A stretch of 64,000 nt of DNA from positions 1 through 64,000 of IMG/VR virus record IMGVR_UViG_3300017987_000071; one strand, 5' to 3'. A program made the translations under genes and the position numbers. This stretch comes from a virus. A model generated the notes under the pieces. The model saw only the letters and a program-made list of their open reading frames with translations, ran no database searches and had not been told where the DNA came from. Of this stretch, positions 1-9,960 are shown in pieces (within the stretch, counting starts at the first letter, position 1; each line of letters starts with the position of its first letter).

Positions 1-282
1 CAGGGTTTTGTTCTCAAGATAAGAACCAGGTACCCAAATTTCCTCAGTAGCAATTTCCTCAGTACCATCCCCCACACGCTTCTCCACCCACTGAAGGTAA
101 TAAGACTGCGTAGAGTCCAATGATACCAAATCTGTGCCTATGTACTGATAAGCAACAAGCACACCCTTGCTTCCCACACTTAAACCAGTGCTTGGCAAAG
201 CATACAGCGTTTCAGCAGTCAAATCAGATGCAATCTTATCTCGCAAGCGCACTATGCTTGGCAGCAACTTATATAATCGCAT
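1..282 (-). CDS. Putative baseplate wedge protein, 5' part only (runs off the window start)
   Basis: Read by hand: ATG at 282 with GGAGG upstream, open frame MRLYKLLPSIVRLRDKIASD... to position 1; lies directly after the baseplate J/gp6-like gene. Confidence 0.6.
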   Translation of the reverse strand, partial: MRLYKLLPSIVRLRDKIASDLTAETLYALPSTGLSVGSKGVLVAYQYIGTDLVSLDSTQSYYLQWVEKRVGDGTEEIATEEIWVPGSYLENKTL

Positions 283-293
283 AATACCTCCTA

Positions 294-2303
294 CTATGCT
301 AAAGCAGCAACAGTAAGTCGCCCCTTTACTGCCAACTGGTCTTCCGCAATCGGAATATCTTCGCTTGCTGATGCTAAGCGTTGAACATATGTAGACCGTA
401 CAGTCAGGCCCACAGAGGGCACCAATGCGAGTGTAAAATCATATGACCCAGTATCGTAATCTATGGTGTTGTTGCCACTAACTGCTACATCACCCGTTAT
501 ATTGCCATTACCATCATCTATCGCAACTTGACTACCTTCAGAAAATGCCAAGGTGCTTTCCACTGCTGGCGGATAATCCAATACACCTTTAATGCGTGCA
601 GAGGACCCATCTGTTGTTGTTTCTTCTTCGCCACGCTGATAAGTAATCACATACCGATAAGTGCAAACAATGTCTGCATCCAAAGCAGGAGCAGCAGCAA
701 AAGTAACATTGTAACTCCCAGTAGTATAATCTATTGTGTTAGTCCCACTAGCATCTATATCACCAGTCAACTTCCCTGAACCGTCGTCCGTCACAGTTTG
801 CGTACCATCTGTTATAACCACAGAAAACTCAACCACAGGAGTCTTAAGCAGAGTGCCAGAAAAGGTTGCCAACACTCCTGTACCAGTACCAATACTCTCA
901 TCCTCTATTTTGTAGGATGCTGTAAGCAGATTTATTATAGCATAGTCTACACCAACCACACCATCCAACACAGCGTACACATCTGATATATGGACATCTC
1001 GCCCAGGTTGCACTAGCGAAGACGAAAACATAGCATTTAATGCTTCTAAAGCACTTGCTACCACTGTAGACGATGCATAAGAAGTTTGTGCTTTCACGGA
1101 CGCATTTATATCCACATAAACAATCTTGCCGTCTTCGACTTCAACCTTAGTGGTAATAAGGCGCACAGCATTTTCACCATCATTAGCAAAGTATTCAGAA
1201 ATAGCATCCTTTAACCCAGTAGAGGGCAACTCAATATTCCCACTCTCATCTCGCCCCCAAACAGCAATCATCACAGTATTCAGTTCCGGGATAGTTTGCT
1301 TCAAGCGAGCGCGAGCGTGTGCTGGGGCGCCATAAATGGGGCTATTAAACAAGGAAGCTAAAGTCGTAAAATCCCATTGTGTTACTGCTCTACCGTTAGT
1401 TGATACCCATCTCGGAATCCAATACTTCGCATGATCAATTGTTTCACGCGGATTGCCACCTGAACCACGATGCTCAGAGTTGTTGAATAGCACATCAACG
1501 TACTCAGTTGGTGCTGTCCCTTCTCGATAGCAAGTATTCGATACTGTAGTCTCGATGTCGTTAAGCGGTATATTGCCGATGACACCACCCCCGACTCGAT
1601 ATTCTGACTCAATAGACGCAGAAGTGGGAGGAATTGCACCACTGTTATTATCCCCAAATTTCAAGGTAGCATAATCGTCAACGTCATAAGAAACCTCATA
1701 TATCTCCGAATCCTCAGTGCCATAAACCAAGGAATCCGTTTTATCCCACTCAACACTATTCACATCAACAACTATCGACCCGTCAATCACCGAAGCCTCT
1801 GCCAAACGAAACTTTTGGAACATATCGCCAGTAGAAGTAAAAGTCTCATTGCGAGTTAACCCTTGCACCATTGTTACATCAGCAGATGTGCTACCAGCGG
1901 GTATCCGTTGCTCTTCTACAACCTCAAAGTCAACACCCTTCTTACTCTTGATTTGTGTCCCCGCAGGTATTACAATAGCTTCAGCGTATACACTATCTAT
2001 AGTAGCTTTTACTGTAACGCTGGCAGCAGTAGGAGGACTAAGTTTGTAGCCTACCAACTCACCCAAAAAGATAATCGACTGTCGATCTTGTGCCGTAGGC
2101 AAAAAGGTTTCGTTTGCTGATACATCTAGGTAGTAATTCAGCAAATCAAACGCATATGCTTGTATCTCCAAAAGCGCCATGCCAAAATGTGATTCCGTAA
2201 AATCCTTCCAAGTTGACGAGAACTTTTGTCGGATTCTAGCGATTAGCATTGCTTTTATTGTGTCAAAATCCCTACCAGTATAATCTATTGCTGGAACGGC
2301 CAT
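294..2303 (-). CDS. Baseplate wedge protein (T4 gp6 / baseplate J-like)
   Basis: IDYTGRDFDTIK N-terminus, FGDN..GAIP, YRVGGG..GN, GG..RET, RAVT..DF motifs; two C-terminal DDG.G..TIDY.TG beta repeats. Confidence 0.9.
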   Translation of the reverse strand: MAVPAIDYTGRDFDTIKAMLIARIRQKFSSTWKDFTESHFGMALLEIQAYAFDLLNYYLDVSANETFLPTAQDRQSIIFLGELVGYKLSPPTAASVTVKATIDSVYAEAIVIPAGTQIKSKKGVDFEVVEEQRIPAGSTSADVTMVQGLTRNETFTSTGDMFQKFRLAEASVIDGSIVVDVNSVEWDKTDSLVYGTEDSEIYEVSYDVDDYATLKFGDNNSGAIPPTSASIESEYRVGGGVIGNIPLNDIETTVSNTCYREGTAPTEYVDVLFNNSEHRGSGGNPRETIDHAKYWIPRWVSTNGRAVTQWDFTTLASLFNSPIYGAPAHARARLKQTIPELNTVMIAVWGRDESGNIELPSTGLKDAISEYFANDGENAVRLITTKVEVEDGKIVYVDINASVKAQTSYASSTVVASALEALNAMFSSSLVQPGRDVHISDVYAVLDGVVGVDYAIINLLTASYKIEDESIGTGTGVLATFSGTLLKTPVVEFSVVITDGTQTVTDDGSGKLTGDIDASGTNTIDYTTGSYNVTFAAAPALDADIVCTYRYVITYQRGEEETTTDGSSARIKGVLDYPPAVESTLAFSEGSQVAIDDGNGNITGDVAVSGNNTIDYDTGSYDFTLALVPSVGLTVRSTYVQRLASASEDIPIAEDQLAVKGRLTVAALA

Positions 2304-2317
2304 CGTTCATTACCTCC

Positions 2318-2704
2318 TTAATACACGTTCTCAGGTGATACAGTAACCTCCACCGTCGCTATATCCCTCGCCAGCGGGTCTTCCACATTCTGAAACTTTA
2401 CCTTTACCGTTATTGTATGCTCGCCGATTTCGATATCTGCGCCCAAAAACTCCACGCGGTCATCCCACTCTTCGACCGCCTCCTGCACAGCATTCCTAAT
2501 GCTTTCTTCAGTCACAATATCATTGGGTTCAAAAACAGCATCGGGTACATCGGACCCAAAGGTAGGAAGCATAACACGCTCCCTTTTCCGAGTAAGCAAT
2601 ATCCATATGATAGAAGACCGCAGTACATCAATGTCCTCTTTAGGCTCGACCAAGGTGGCTAATGTACCATCCCAAGGCAAGGCCATACCACTGTATTGTC
2701 CCAT
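2318..2704 (-). CDS. Baseplate gp25/GPW-like protein
   Basis: ILLTRKRERVMLPTFGS...FEP...WDDRV signature. Confidence 0.9.
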   Translation of the reverse strand: MGQYSGMALPWDGTLATLVEPKEDIDVLRSSIIWILLTRKRERVMLPTFGSDVPDAVFEPNDIVTEESIRNAVQEAVEEWDDRVEFLGADIEIGEHTITVKVKFQNVEDPLARDIATVEVTVSPENVY

Positions 2705-2749
2705 TAATTCTTCTCCTTAACCACTGGCACAAACCTACTTACAACACAA

Positions 2750-2767
2750 GGTGGTTGTAGAACCACC
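2750..2767 (-). terminator. Intergenic hairpin, possible weak terminator or processing site
   Basis: GGTGGTT-CTAC-AACCACC 7-bp stem followed by TTGTGTT on the minus strand. Confidence 0.3.
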
Positions 2768-2773
2768 GAAAAC

Positions 2774-3619
2774 CTAACCTGCTGGAGGGTGTCCACCCTT
2801 TGGCGGGTGATAAAAAGCGCCAGCAACGCCCCCACTGCCTAATATCGTTCCACTAGATACAACAACTCTCTGGCCCCCTACAATTTGTACAGTATCTGCT
2901 TGCAGAGTTATGTTGCCTGTGCCTTCCTCCGTAACCGCTTGTGCTACAATCGTCGGAGACGTAAGCACTACTTGCACATCTGAATCCACTTTAACCCTAT
3001 AGTCTTTAGAATGCACTCGTATCTGCGGAGGTTCGTTCTCCGGCGAATTACCGGATGAGTCTAACTCAATATAATTATCCTTGTCTAAATAGATATCAAT
3101 CCGCTTATCGCTCACAAACCTAATCATCATTGACTTAGCGTCCCCCGCTTTGCTTTGCCCTTGCCAAACTGTAAGTTCGGGGTACTCAGTGCCAGTTCTG
3201 TTTTTTTCCTCCTCTTCAGGATCTCTGCAAGCATCGGGCAATTCAGTCTCTTCGTTATTACTGGCAGGAGCACCATAGCATGTTCCAAGCCATACAGGGG
3301 ATTGCATATCCCCTTGCTCAAACATCACCCAGACCTGTGCACCAACTCGAGGTATGCTAACCAGTCCTTCTGGTTTTTGATCCTTTTTAGTACCCCCAAA
3401 AGGAAAGCAAGGCCATGCCCAAGGCAAATCAGCTTCTTGCACATTTTCGCCATATACCTGGGGGACTAACACACGTAGTCTACCCAAGGGGCCATACTCA
3501 TCCTCTGCTTGCCCCCCATCGTCCGTAGGCCGGTCATCATTTTGCTTTACGATACCCCGATAAACACCAGGGAACTTAGTTTGCAATTGGGGGGGTTGAA
3601 TTATGCTTTCTTCGATCAC
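2774..3619 (-). CDS. Baseplate spike (gp5/gpV/VgrG OB-fold), no lysozyme domain
   Basis: YRGIV...LGRLRVLVP...LPWA...P.VG..VWVMFEQGD...PVWLG, then beta-helix-like repeats; start moved to GTG 3619 after GAGGAGG. Confidence 0.88.
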   Translation of the reverse strand: MIEESIIQPPQLQTKFPGVYRGIVKQNDDRPTDDGGQAEDEYGPLGRLRVLVPQVYGENVQEADLPWAWPCFPFGGTKKDQKPEGLVSIPRVGAQVWVMFEQGDMQSPVWLGTCYGAPASNNEETELPDACRDPEEEEKNRTGTEYPELTVWQGQSKAGDAKSMMIRFVSDKRIDIYLDKDNYIELDSSGNSPENEPPQIRVHSKDYRVKVDSDVQVVLTSPTIVAQAVTEEGTGNITLQADTVQIVGGQRVVVSSGTILGSGGVAGAFYHPPKGGHPPAG

Positions 3620-3623
3620 GCTA

Positions 3624-4754
3624 CTAACCTCCTCGCTGGCTTGTTCTACGCTCCAGATACACAATGGTCCTAAATTCACCACCGGTAATCCTTTGCTTAA
3701 CCCCGCGCACTAAATACTTCCCGGTAGTAAAATGAGGCCGCCCATCTTGGTCTGTAATATCTAAACTACTTACCGTAAAGGGCTTCAATTTTACCTGGGG
3801 GGAAACGTCAATCGTTACTCGATAAAGCGTCCGAGCATTAGCGCCCCAGATAGCCTTAGCAGTGTTTTCGACATCCTCCTCTTCATATTTCGGAAAATAC
3901 GGGGCCGTAGTTAACCACACCCTAGCAGGTTCTTGGGGCAACGAAGGACCCTTGGAGGACAACTTCTTAAAGTTAACCGTATTATCATCTGCCTTAAACG
4001 ATACTGGCTTAACCTTAATAGGGTCAAAACCCCGCACCTCAGTAGATAAACCCCCTAGAGGACCAAGTGTCACCCTGCGGTATTCCAACTCCAATAAGCG
4101 AATGTTATTCGGTTCTTCCTCTTCTGGTGCTACAGTAAGCACAAAACTAGTACCACTACCAGCAAGCGTTGGCGGTTTGAATACCAACTTATTGCCATCA
4201 GCAATAAAGAAGTAATAATTAGGATCACCACCCTGCGAAACTGCTCTAGGCAACAACACATACTTTATAAACCAAGCATCTGGCAAATTCCCTTGCATAA
4301 TATGGTATTTGCCTTTTGTGGACTCAACCTCCGCAGTTATCCCTACATTACTAGCAATATCAGATACCATATCCGAAATGCTCATATCCTTATAGGATTT
4401 AGAATCTCGAAAAGACTCATTCAATTGCTGTCCTAAATCTAATCCCTCAAGGAATATTTCTGCGTTGGTAGGAGAATAGCGAATGCGTAAGAAGGAAGCG
4501 TCTACATGACGCCAATCTGAATCGGTACGCTGACCACCGACAGCAAAACCCCATCGCACAAGAATATCAGTATCAGGATTAGTGATCACCTGATCGAAAT
4601 CTTGCCAATTAGCCTTGTCGCAATGGAGTATAAACTGTGCTGACCCATATATATGCTCGAAGTAAACAAAATCAATGATCCCATCTTCATCCACCCGTAA
4701 TGAGCGGCCTCCGACCAACAGGTCAACATGAAACGTTCCTGCATCATGAGCCAT
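3624..4754 (-). CDS. Baseplate hub protein (gp27/gpD-like)
   Basis: Position, size and the SY....SD.V..IA and GKYLVRGV.Q motifs. Confidence 0.7.
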   Translation of the reverse strand: MAHDAGTFHVDLLVGGRSLRVDEDGIIDFVYFEHIYGSAQFILHCDKANWQDFDQVITNPDTDILVRWGFAVGGQRTDSDWRHVDASFLRIRYSPTNAEIFLEGLDLGQQLNESFRDSKSYKDMSISDMVSDIASNVGITAEVESTKGKYHIMQGNLPDAWFIKYVLLPRAVSQGGDPNYYFFIADGNKLVFKPPTLAGSGTSFVLTVAPEEEEPNNIRLLELEYRRVTLGPLGGLSTEVRGFDPIKVKPVSFKADDNTVNFKKLSSKGPSLPQEPARVWLTTAPYFPKYEEEDVENTAKAIWGANARTLYRVTIDVSPQVKLKPFTVSSLDITDQDGRPHFTTGKYLVRGVKQRITGGEFRTIVYLERRTSQRGG

Positions 4755-4757
4755 TTG

Positions 4758-5129
4758 TTATACCTGAAGTTTTGTTTGGCGCTCTGCCAAAGCCTCCATA
4801 ATGTCTTCCCTTGTTGGGATTATCAAGGTATCACCGGGCACCAAATCAGTCAATGGATTCTTGATATTATTGGCCAAAGCAATCGCCCACCAATAGTTTA
4901 CAGTGCCATAAGCATCGTAAGAGATCAAATCAATGCGACCAACTTCTCCTGGGGAGACGACATGCCTACCATAACTCTCTAACTTTAATTCCGGTTTAAT
5001 CCAGATGCCAAACCGCCTGCGGCCAGGCACAACTAATTGATCTATCGTTACCTTGGTTAAGCCATACCGACTCTCTTCGCTAGTCGTATTTTCCAAGTAT
5101 GGCTGCTCAACCACCTGTCTAAAAAGCAT
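4758..5129 (-). CDS. LysM-like baseplate protein (gp53/Tail X)
   Basis: RIDLISYDAYG...WWAIALANNI.NP...L.PG..L.IP. Confidence 0.85.
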   Translation of the reverse strand: MLFRQVVEQPYLENTTSEESRYGLTKVTIDQLVVPGRRRFGIWIKPELKLESYGRHVVSPGEVGRIDLISYDAYGTVNYWWAIALANNIKNPLTDLVPGDTLIIPTREDIMEALAERQTKLQV

Positions 5130-5137
5130 AATGCCCC

Positions 5138-5620
5138 CTAAAATCTAAAAGAGAACTTAGAAGCAGTCGGTCGTCGTTTAGCTGTAAACGTAGGTGTAAT
5201 CGTAAACTGCACATCAGCAACCAGTGGGTTACCTTGAGCATCCCACGGTTTTGCCCATGATACCGTCCAACCAGTCATCAATCCCTTCAAGCCAAACCAT
5301 GTACCAATACGCACACGAATCGACTTAACTTCATTTTCCCCTTCGGGGGGAAATCCCATCATCGCCATCGTTTCAATCACATTACGCAAATCGCGAGAAC
5401 TTTGGATGGGGCCTTCCTCAAGCACCCCTAACTTAAGACTAAAAGTCATGTCCGAAAACTCGCCCTTTTCCCACAAAAAGCGGGCGGGGTGAGCTTTCCG
5501 CTTCTCTGAATTAGCTCTAAAGTTATTAGTGTAAGACACATCAAAATTCTCCAGGTGCAACGGAATCTTAATGGTCTTAATTCCCTGGATAAGTATCATT
5601 GGCACAGCCACAACACGCAC
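5138..5620 (-). CDS. Tail tube initiator-like protein
   Basis: Lies between the tape measure and LysM genes; W...G.P..ADVQFTI C-terminus. Confidence 0.55.
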   Translation of the reverse strand: MRVVAVPMILIQGIKTIKIPLHLENFDVSYTNNFRANSEKRKAHPARFLWEKGEFSDMTFSLKLGVLEEGPIQSSRDLRNVIETMAMMGFPPEGENEVKSIRVRIGTWFGLKGLMTGWTVSWAKPWDAQGNPLVADVQFTITPTFTAKRRPTASKFSFRF

Positions 5621-5623
5621 CTC

Positions 5624-8419
5624 CTAAATCTGGAACCTAGCAAAAACGCTGGCGTCGTGACGCAATTCCGTTTTTTGTCTACTTAGTTCAAGCAATGTAA
5701 ACCGAACATCCTTACTCAAACGTTCCACAGCACTCACTACAGGATCAGCAATAAGAGCAGTATAATCAGGTTGCTTAAAGTATGACTTTACAAACTTTGG
5801 AATCGGAATATCGGATAACGATCCTTGCACCTTCGCTTCAAATTGCCCACTGCCTTTGTCTACACCAGTAGCCAAATTCTCCATAATGCGAGCACCGGAC
5901 TTCTTTAAGCCTTTCAAAGGACCCTTCTTAGGTTCAGAATGGGGCAACATATCAGAAACAGCACTGAAAGCTCCACCGGCAATCTTTGACAGTACGCTGG
6001 TAGCCTTCTTTAAGCCAGATGCAAAATCCGTAACCGTTGTGCTGCCAGACTCAACAATCTTCTTTTTCTCATTGTCGTCGGGGACGCCAAACATTCGCTT
6101 CATCCAACCTGGCATCCAATTGGTCACGGTCTTCTTCACATCATTTAACCCTTTAGTAACGGATTCGACCCACTTAGTAGGATCAAACATCGAGGAAAGC
6201 GTATTCCCAATCTTATCACCAACCCACTTAAGTCCTTTCCATAGGTACTCAAAAGCATCAACCACCCACTCTATGCTTTTCCTCAAAACTTTAAAGTAGG
6301 CAATCAAAGGAAACAAACCAATTAGCATAAAAAACTTACTATGCTTCTTAACAAAATTGAATGCCTTGCCGATAGCTTCCAACGCCATCTTGATCGGCCA
6401 TAGCACCACATCCAACACCACCTTACCAACATCCCATATTGCTTCCAACGCTACATCCCAACCCCAGATAGCATCAACCAGAAAGTATACCGCTGCTACA
6501 ACCAACGCAATAATTCCCAATATCCACACCAACGGATTGGCAAACAATACAGCATTCAAAGCAGCAAATGCCCCAGTAAGTATACCAGTCGTAAACGCTA
6601 AAATTCCTTGAGCAGCAGCAACAGCATAAGATGCAATTGCTCCAGCGATTAATACTCCCTTATTAACCACCATTGCTACTGTATTGGCAATAAAACCCCC
6701 GGTCAACCCTGTCATGGATGCAATAGTTGCCCCCAAAGCTGTTATCCTCGCCCACAAACCTACAGTGGATGCAGTAGTAACTGTTGTATTTGCTCCTACA
6801 GCAGTTGTATTTGCAGTAACCGCAGCAGCAGCCGTACTAGCAGACGTTGCTTGTGCAGTCATTGCTGTAGTATTTGCAACGGAAGCTACTGAATTGGCAG
6901 CAGTTGCTGTAGTGTTTGCTGTCGTAGCTACTGTCTGTCCAGTTAGCATAGCTACAGCGGACTTGCCCCAACCAATATAGGATTTTAAACCGGTGACTAC
7001 CCACTTAAACATTCCAATACCAAACGCTATTGTTGCTTTAGCAGCACCAAGCAAAGCAGGAATAAGTGCTATGCCCAGGGTTACTGCTAAACCATTTGCC
7101 ACAATTTCGTTTTTGGTTAATGCTTCTATCACCTCTGCAATATACTCAAAAACGGGGGCTAAAATCTGAGCAAGAGACGTGAAAACTCTTGCTAGTTTTA
7201 ACCCCACAGGCAGGAACGCTTCTATTAAAGCAACGAACGGAGGTACGATCGCCTGCGCAAAAGCTCCAATAACCCTTGATAAAGGTGTAACCAATTTGGA
7301 CAGAGGTGTAACAATTTCTGACACCGCATCGGCTAATGGAATAAACAAGGGTTCCAATGTCCATTCTAAAAACTCTATCACAGAAGCAAAAGCCTTATAA
7401 AGCAAATTGCCCAGAGCAAATGCTCCCAACGCAGCTGCTGTAACTTTAAGCAGTCCTGCTTTGAAATCTCCTAGTGTTCCTGATACCCACTTCTTAGTGG
7501 CTTTCCCCACCATTGCTTCCGACTCGTCGATTAACTCCCCCATAGGGCGCTTCCACAACGGTATTGTACCTTCTGCTAATGCCTTCCCAACATCTTGCAC
7601 AAAAGCACTACGAGCACGATCGCTGCCCAACGTTTCATAGAAACTCTCTGCTAATTTGGGGTCCTGAAAATGCTCCGCTGCTAAAGTATTAATAAACTCT
7701 CGTTGGCCTCGTTTGCTCTTTGCTAACGCAGACCAAAACTCATAAGTCAGTGCTTCATCACCCAACGTTATCTTCAGTTGGCGAACCAATGCTTTTATAT
7801 CATCATAAGATGCAGTCCCCAAAGCTTCCATCAACTGTGGTGACTGCAACTTCTCAGACCAAAAAGTAGTCCAAAAAGCAGAACCCACTTCTTTTCCAAG
7901 AGCACGACCAACTTCATCATACTGCCCAAAATCTTCTACAGCAGGACGCTGTTCTGCTATCATCTTAGCGGCGGAAGCTAAAGAAGCAAATTCACCCCCA
8001 ACACTAACTGGCGCTAAAGGTGTTGGTGTAGCAGTTGTGGGCAACATACCCTCCATAGCCGACTTAGTTTCTAACGCTGCTGCACTCTGCTTAGTTAGCA
8101 TTTGAGTATTAGACGCAATCTCAGCATCTAAAGCAGTCAATTCAGCATTGAATGTATCAACCACGCCACTCAAATCACTAATCTGACCAAAAGCAGACCC
8201 ACCAGCAGACACCATATCCATCATGGAATCTTCCATCGTATCTGCTACTTTGCCAGCGCTCATTGCAGCATCCTCAAGAGCATTAGATGCTGAATCAAAA
8301 TTCTGCTGAGCAGCATTAAAAGCCGAAGTTGCTTCGTCTTCAAATCCTAACCTAAAAATAGAAGCCCCTGCCTCCAGCGAAGGCGAGGAGCCTGTTATTT
8401 CGGGTCCGTATTCTGGCAT
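5624..8419 (-). CDS. Tape measure protein
   Basis: 931 aa, Ala-rich, amphipathic and TM repeats, LPHS..K.GPL..L motif. Confidence 0.88.
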   Translation of the reverse strand: MPEYGPEITGSSPSLEAGASIFRLGFEDEATSAFNAAQQNFDSASNALEDAAMSAGKVADTMEDSMMDMVSAGGSAFGQISDLSGVVDTFNAELTALDAEIASNTQMLTKQSAAALETKSAMEGMLPTTATPTPLAPVSVGGEFASLASAAKMIAEQRPAVEDFGQYDEVGRALGKEVGSAFWTTFWSEKLQSPQLMEALGTASYDDIKALVRQLKITLGDEALTYEFWSALAKSKRGQREFINTLAAEHFQDPKLAESFYETLGSDRARSAFVQDVGKALAEGTIPLWKRPMGELIDESEAMVGKATKKWVSGTLGDFKAGLLKVTAAALGAFALGNLLYKAFASVIEFLEWTLEPLFIPLADAVSEIVTPLSKLVTPLSRVIGAFAQAIVPPFVALIEAFLPVGLKLARVFTSLAQILAPVFEYIAEVIEALTKNEIVANGLAVTLGIALIPALLGAAKATIAFGIGMFKWVVTGLKSYIGWGKSAVAMLTGQTVATTANTTATAANSVASVANTTAMTAQATSASTAAAAVTANTTAVGANTTVTTASTVGLWARITALGATIASMTGLTGGFIANTVAMVVNKGVLIAGAIASYAVAAAQGILAFTTGILTGAFAALNAVLFANPLVWILGIIALVVAAVYFLVDAIWGWDVALEAIWDVGKVVLDVVLWPIKMALEAIGKAFNFVKKHSKFFMLIGLFPLIAYFKVLRKSIEWVVDAFEYLWKGLKWVGDKIGNTLSSMFDPTKWVESVTKGLNDVKKTVTNWMPGWMKRMFGVPDDNEKKKIVESGSTTVTDFASGLKKATSVLSKIAGGAFSAVSDMLPHSEPKKGPLKGLKKSGARIMENLATGVDKGSGQFEAKVQGSLSDIPIPKFVKSYFKQPDYTALIADPVVSAVERLSKDVRFTLLELSRQKTELRHDASVFARFQI

Positions 8420-8655
8420 TATCGTCCCCTTCGTATACGCGCCGCAAAACCTCGAAAAGCACTGTTCGCAGCTTCTTGGCGTTTTGCTTCTGCTTCTCTC
8501 TCTTTCTTCACTTCATCCATTGTCTCTTCTACGTAGTACCTCCGGTCCAACGGGTAAAAATCATCAGAAGCATCAGGCGAAATCCCACCATATTTTGCTA
8601 ACAATCTCTGTTGCTCTAGCAAATTACGATAAGTCACCTTCGGACCGGCTTGCAC
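8419..8655 (-). CDS. gp51-like hub/tail assembly chaperone (possibly a frameshift extension of the upstream gene)
   Basis: Overlaps the upstream gene in the +1 frame; Y..L..Q..L...G.IS...D...P..R.YY pattern. Confidence 0.6.
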   Translation of the reverse strand: MQAGPKVTYRNLLEQQRLLAKYGGISPDASDDFYPLDRRYYVEETMDEVKKEREAEAKRQEAANSAFRGFAARIRRGR

Positions 8656-9418
8656 GAAAAAAGTCTTCAGTAAACTGGAATCGAGACCTACTTCGTTTGC
8701 AACAACGAGGGCATTGAGGTTCTAAAACCAGATTAACACCACAATCGTTATCCTCAATAACAGCTTTCACCATTCCAGTATCGCGAGTATACAAATTCTC
8801 AACAAACTCAATAGTCTCTCGCCAGTCAACCTCCTTATCATCTATACTCACTATAAACTTAGCAATACGAGCTTCATAACTGGGATCGCCCACGTCTGTT
8901 GGTACTGTTAAACGCTCAGCAAACTTGCGAATATCTCGCTCATCTTTTACTCTAAGCAACTTCAAACCTACTCGCTTTTTGCTTAAAGGCAAAGTGCAAA
9001 AAAATGGTTCCTCAAAACGCTTCGGCGTTGAACCATCCACCATCGTAGTGTTGCCATCTGGCAGAATTCTCATCTCAAAACCTTCAGGCACTTGCATCCG
9101 ATGTATAAACTCATATGTGCATTTTGGACAAGTAAGTTGAAAACTGTAATCGGGGCCATAACTAAGGTTGCGAATTGCTAATAACATATAAAAGTAATCT
9201 GCTACCAAATACTCCTCTAAAGGCATTACCTTAGTAAGCAGACAACGATCAACGATAGTCTCTAACACCTTAAGTTTGTCACCATGCTGACTGGCTAACA
9301 GTTTTTCCTCTTTTGTACGCATAGGAGCAATTTTAACAATGCCCCCAGGGAGCAAATCACCGTAAGGCAATCCGCAGGATGGCAATACGGTTTCTTCAAT
9401 AATCGTGTGTTCAAACAT
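8624..9418 (-). CDS. gp26-like baseplate hub/tail assembly chaperone
   Basis: LPS.G..Y, PM.TKEEK.L, CPKC...CPRC, DFF near the C-terminus. Confidence 0.8.
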   Translation of the reverse strand: MFEHTIIEETVLPSCGLPYGDLLPGGIVKIAPMRTKEEKLLASQHGDKLKVLETIVDRCLLTKVMPLEEYLVADYFYMLLAIRNLSYGPDYSFQLTCPKCTYEFIHRMQVPEGFEMRILPDGNTTMVDGSTPKRFEEPFFCTLPLSKKRVGLKLLRVKDERDIRKFAERLTVPTDVGDPSYEARIAKFIVSIDDKEVDWRETIEFVENLYTRDTGMVKAVIEDNDCGVNLVLEPQCPRCCKRSRSRFQFTEDFFRASRSEGDLS

Positions 9419-9439
9419 ATGCCCACCTCCTATTTTAGA

Positions 9440-9958
9440 TTACTCTTCTTTGATGCCGTCCATCGTTATAGTGCCAGTAATCATAACAATCTCTTGTTTG
9501 GCCCCCATATCGAAACCATCACCAAGAGGAGAAAGTTGAGATAACCAAGCACCTAGAAGCTTCCATTGCTTAACTGCTTCACCATTTGGCTTAGCAGAAA
9601 TCAGAGTACAATCGAACTTGCAATCTTTTGCTTCGCCTACTTCTCCCGTCTCAGGATTGTTACCTAGCTTATACCAGTTGTACAACGCCGTAGATACTTT
9701 ACCTTCCATATCGTCAAAGCAAGCAAACGTTATATCGTCAATTTCACCCGCAGAAGGCATCTTCTTTTCTTGATTCCCATAAGGAATCCTTATTGGCGAG
9801 TTACTCAGAGTAGGAGCATCACAACGTTGCAGGGTCCACCGTGCTACATCAAACTGTGCAGGGAAAACCAGCAAAAAGTTGTTCTTCCGGCGCCCCTCAT
9901 AACTGCCACTTCCTTTTCCGCCAGCGATATGGCAAGCGGTAATAGGTACATTAACCAT
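9440..9958 (-). CDS. Tail tube protein (gp19-like)
   Basis: Follows the sheath gene; LYNW..., QWKL.GAW motif. Confidence 0.85.
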   Translation of the reverse strand: MVNVPITACHIAGGKGSGSYEGRRKNNFLLVFPAQFDVARWTLQRCDAPTLSNSPIRIPYGNQEKKMPSAGEIDDITFACFDDMEGKVSTALYNWYKLGNNPETGEVGEAKDCKFDCTLISAKPNGEAVKQWKLLGAWLSQLSPLGDGFDMGAKQEIVMITGTITMDGIKEE

Positions 9959-9960
9959 TT

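Noticed and set aside
6720-6940. ANTTA/TA-rich repeats
   Set aside because: Ordinary low-complexity tape measure sequence.
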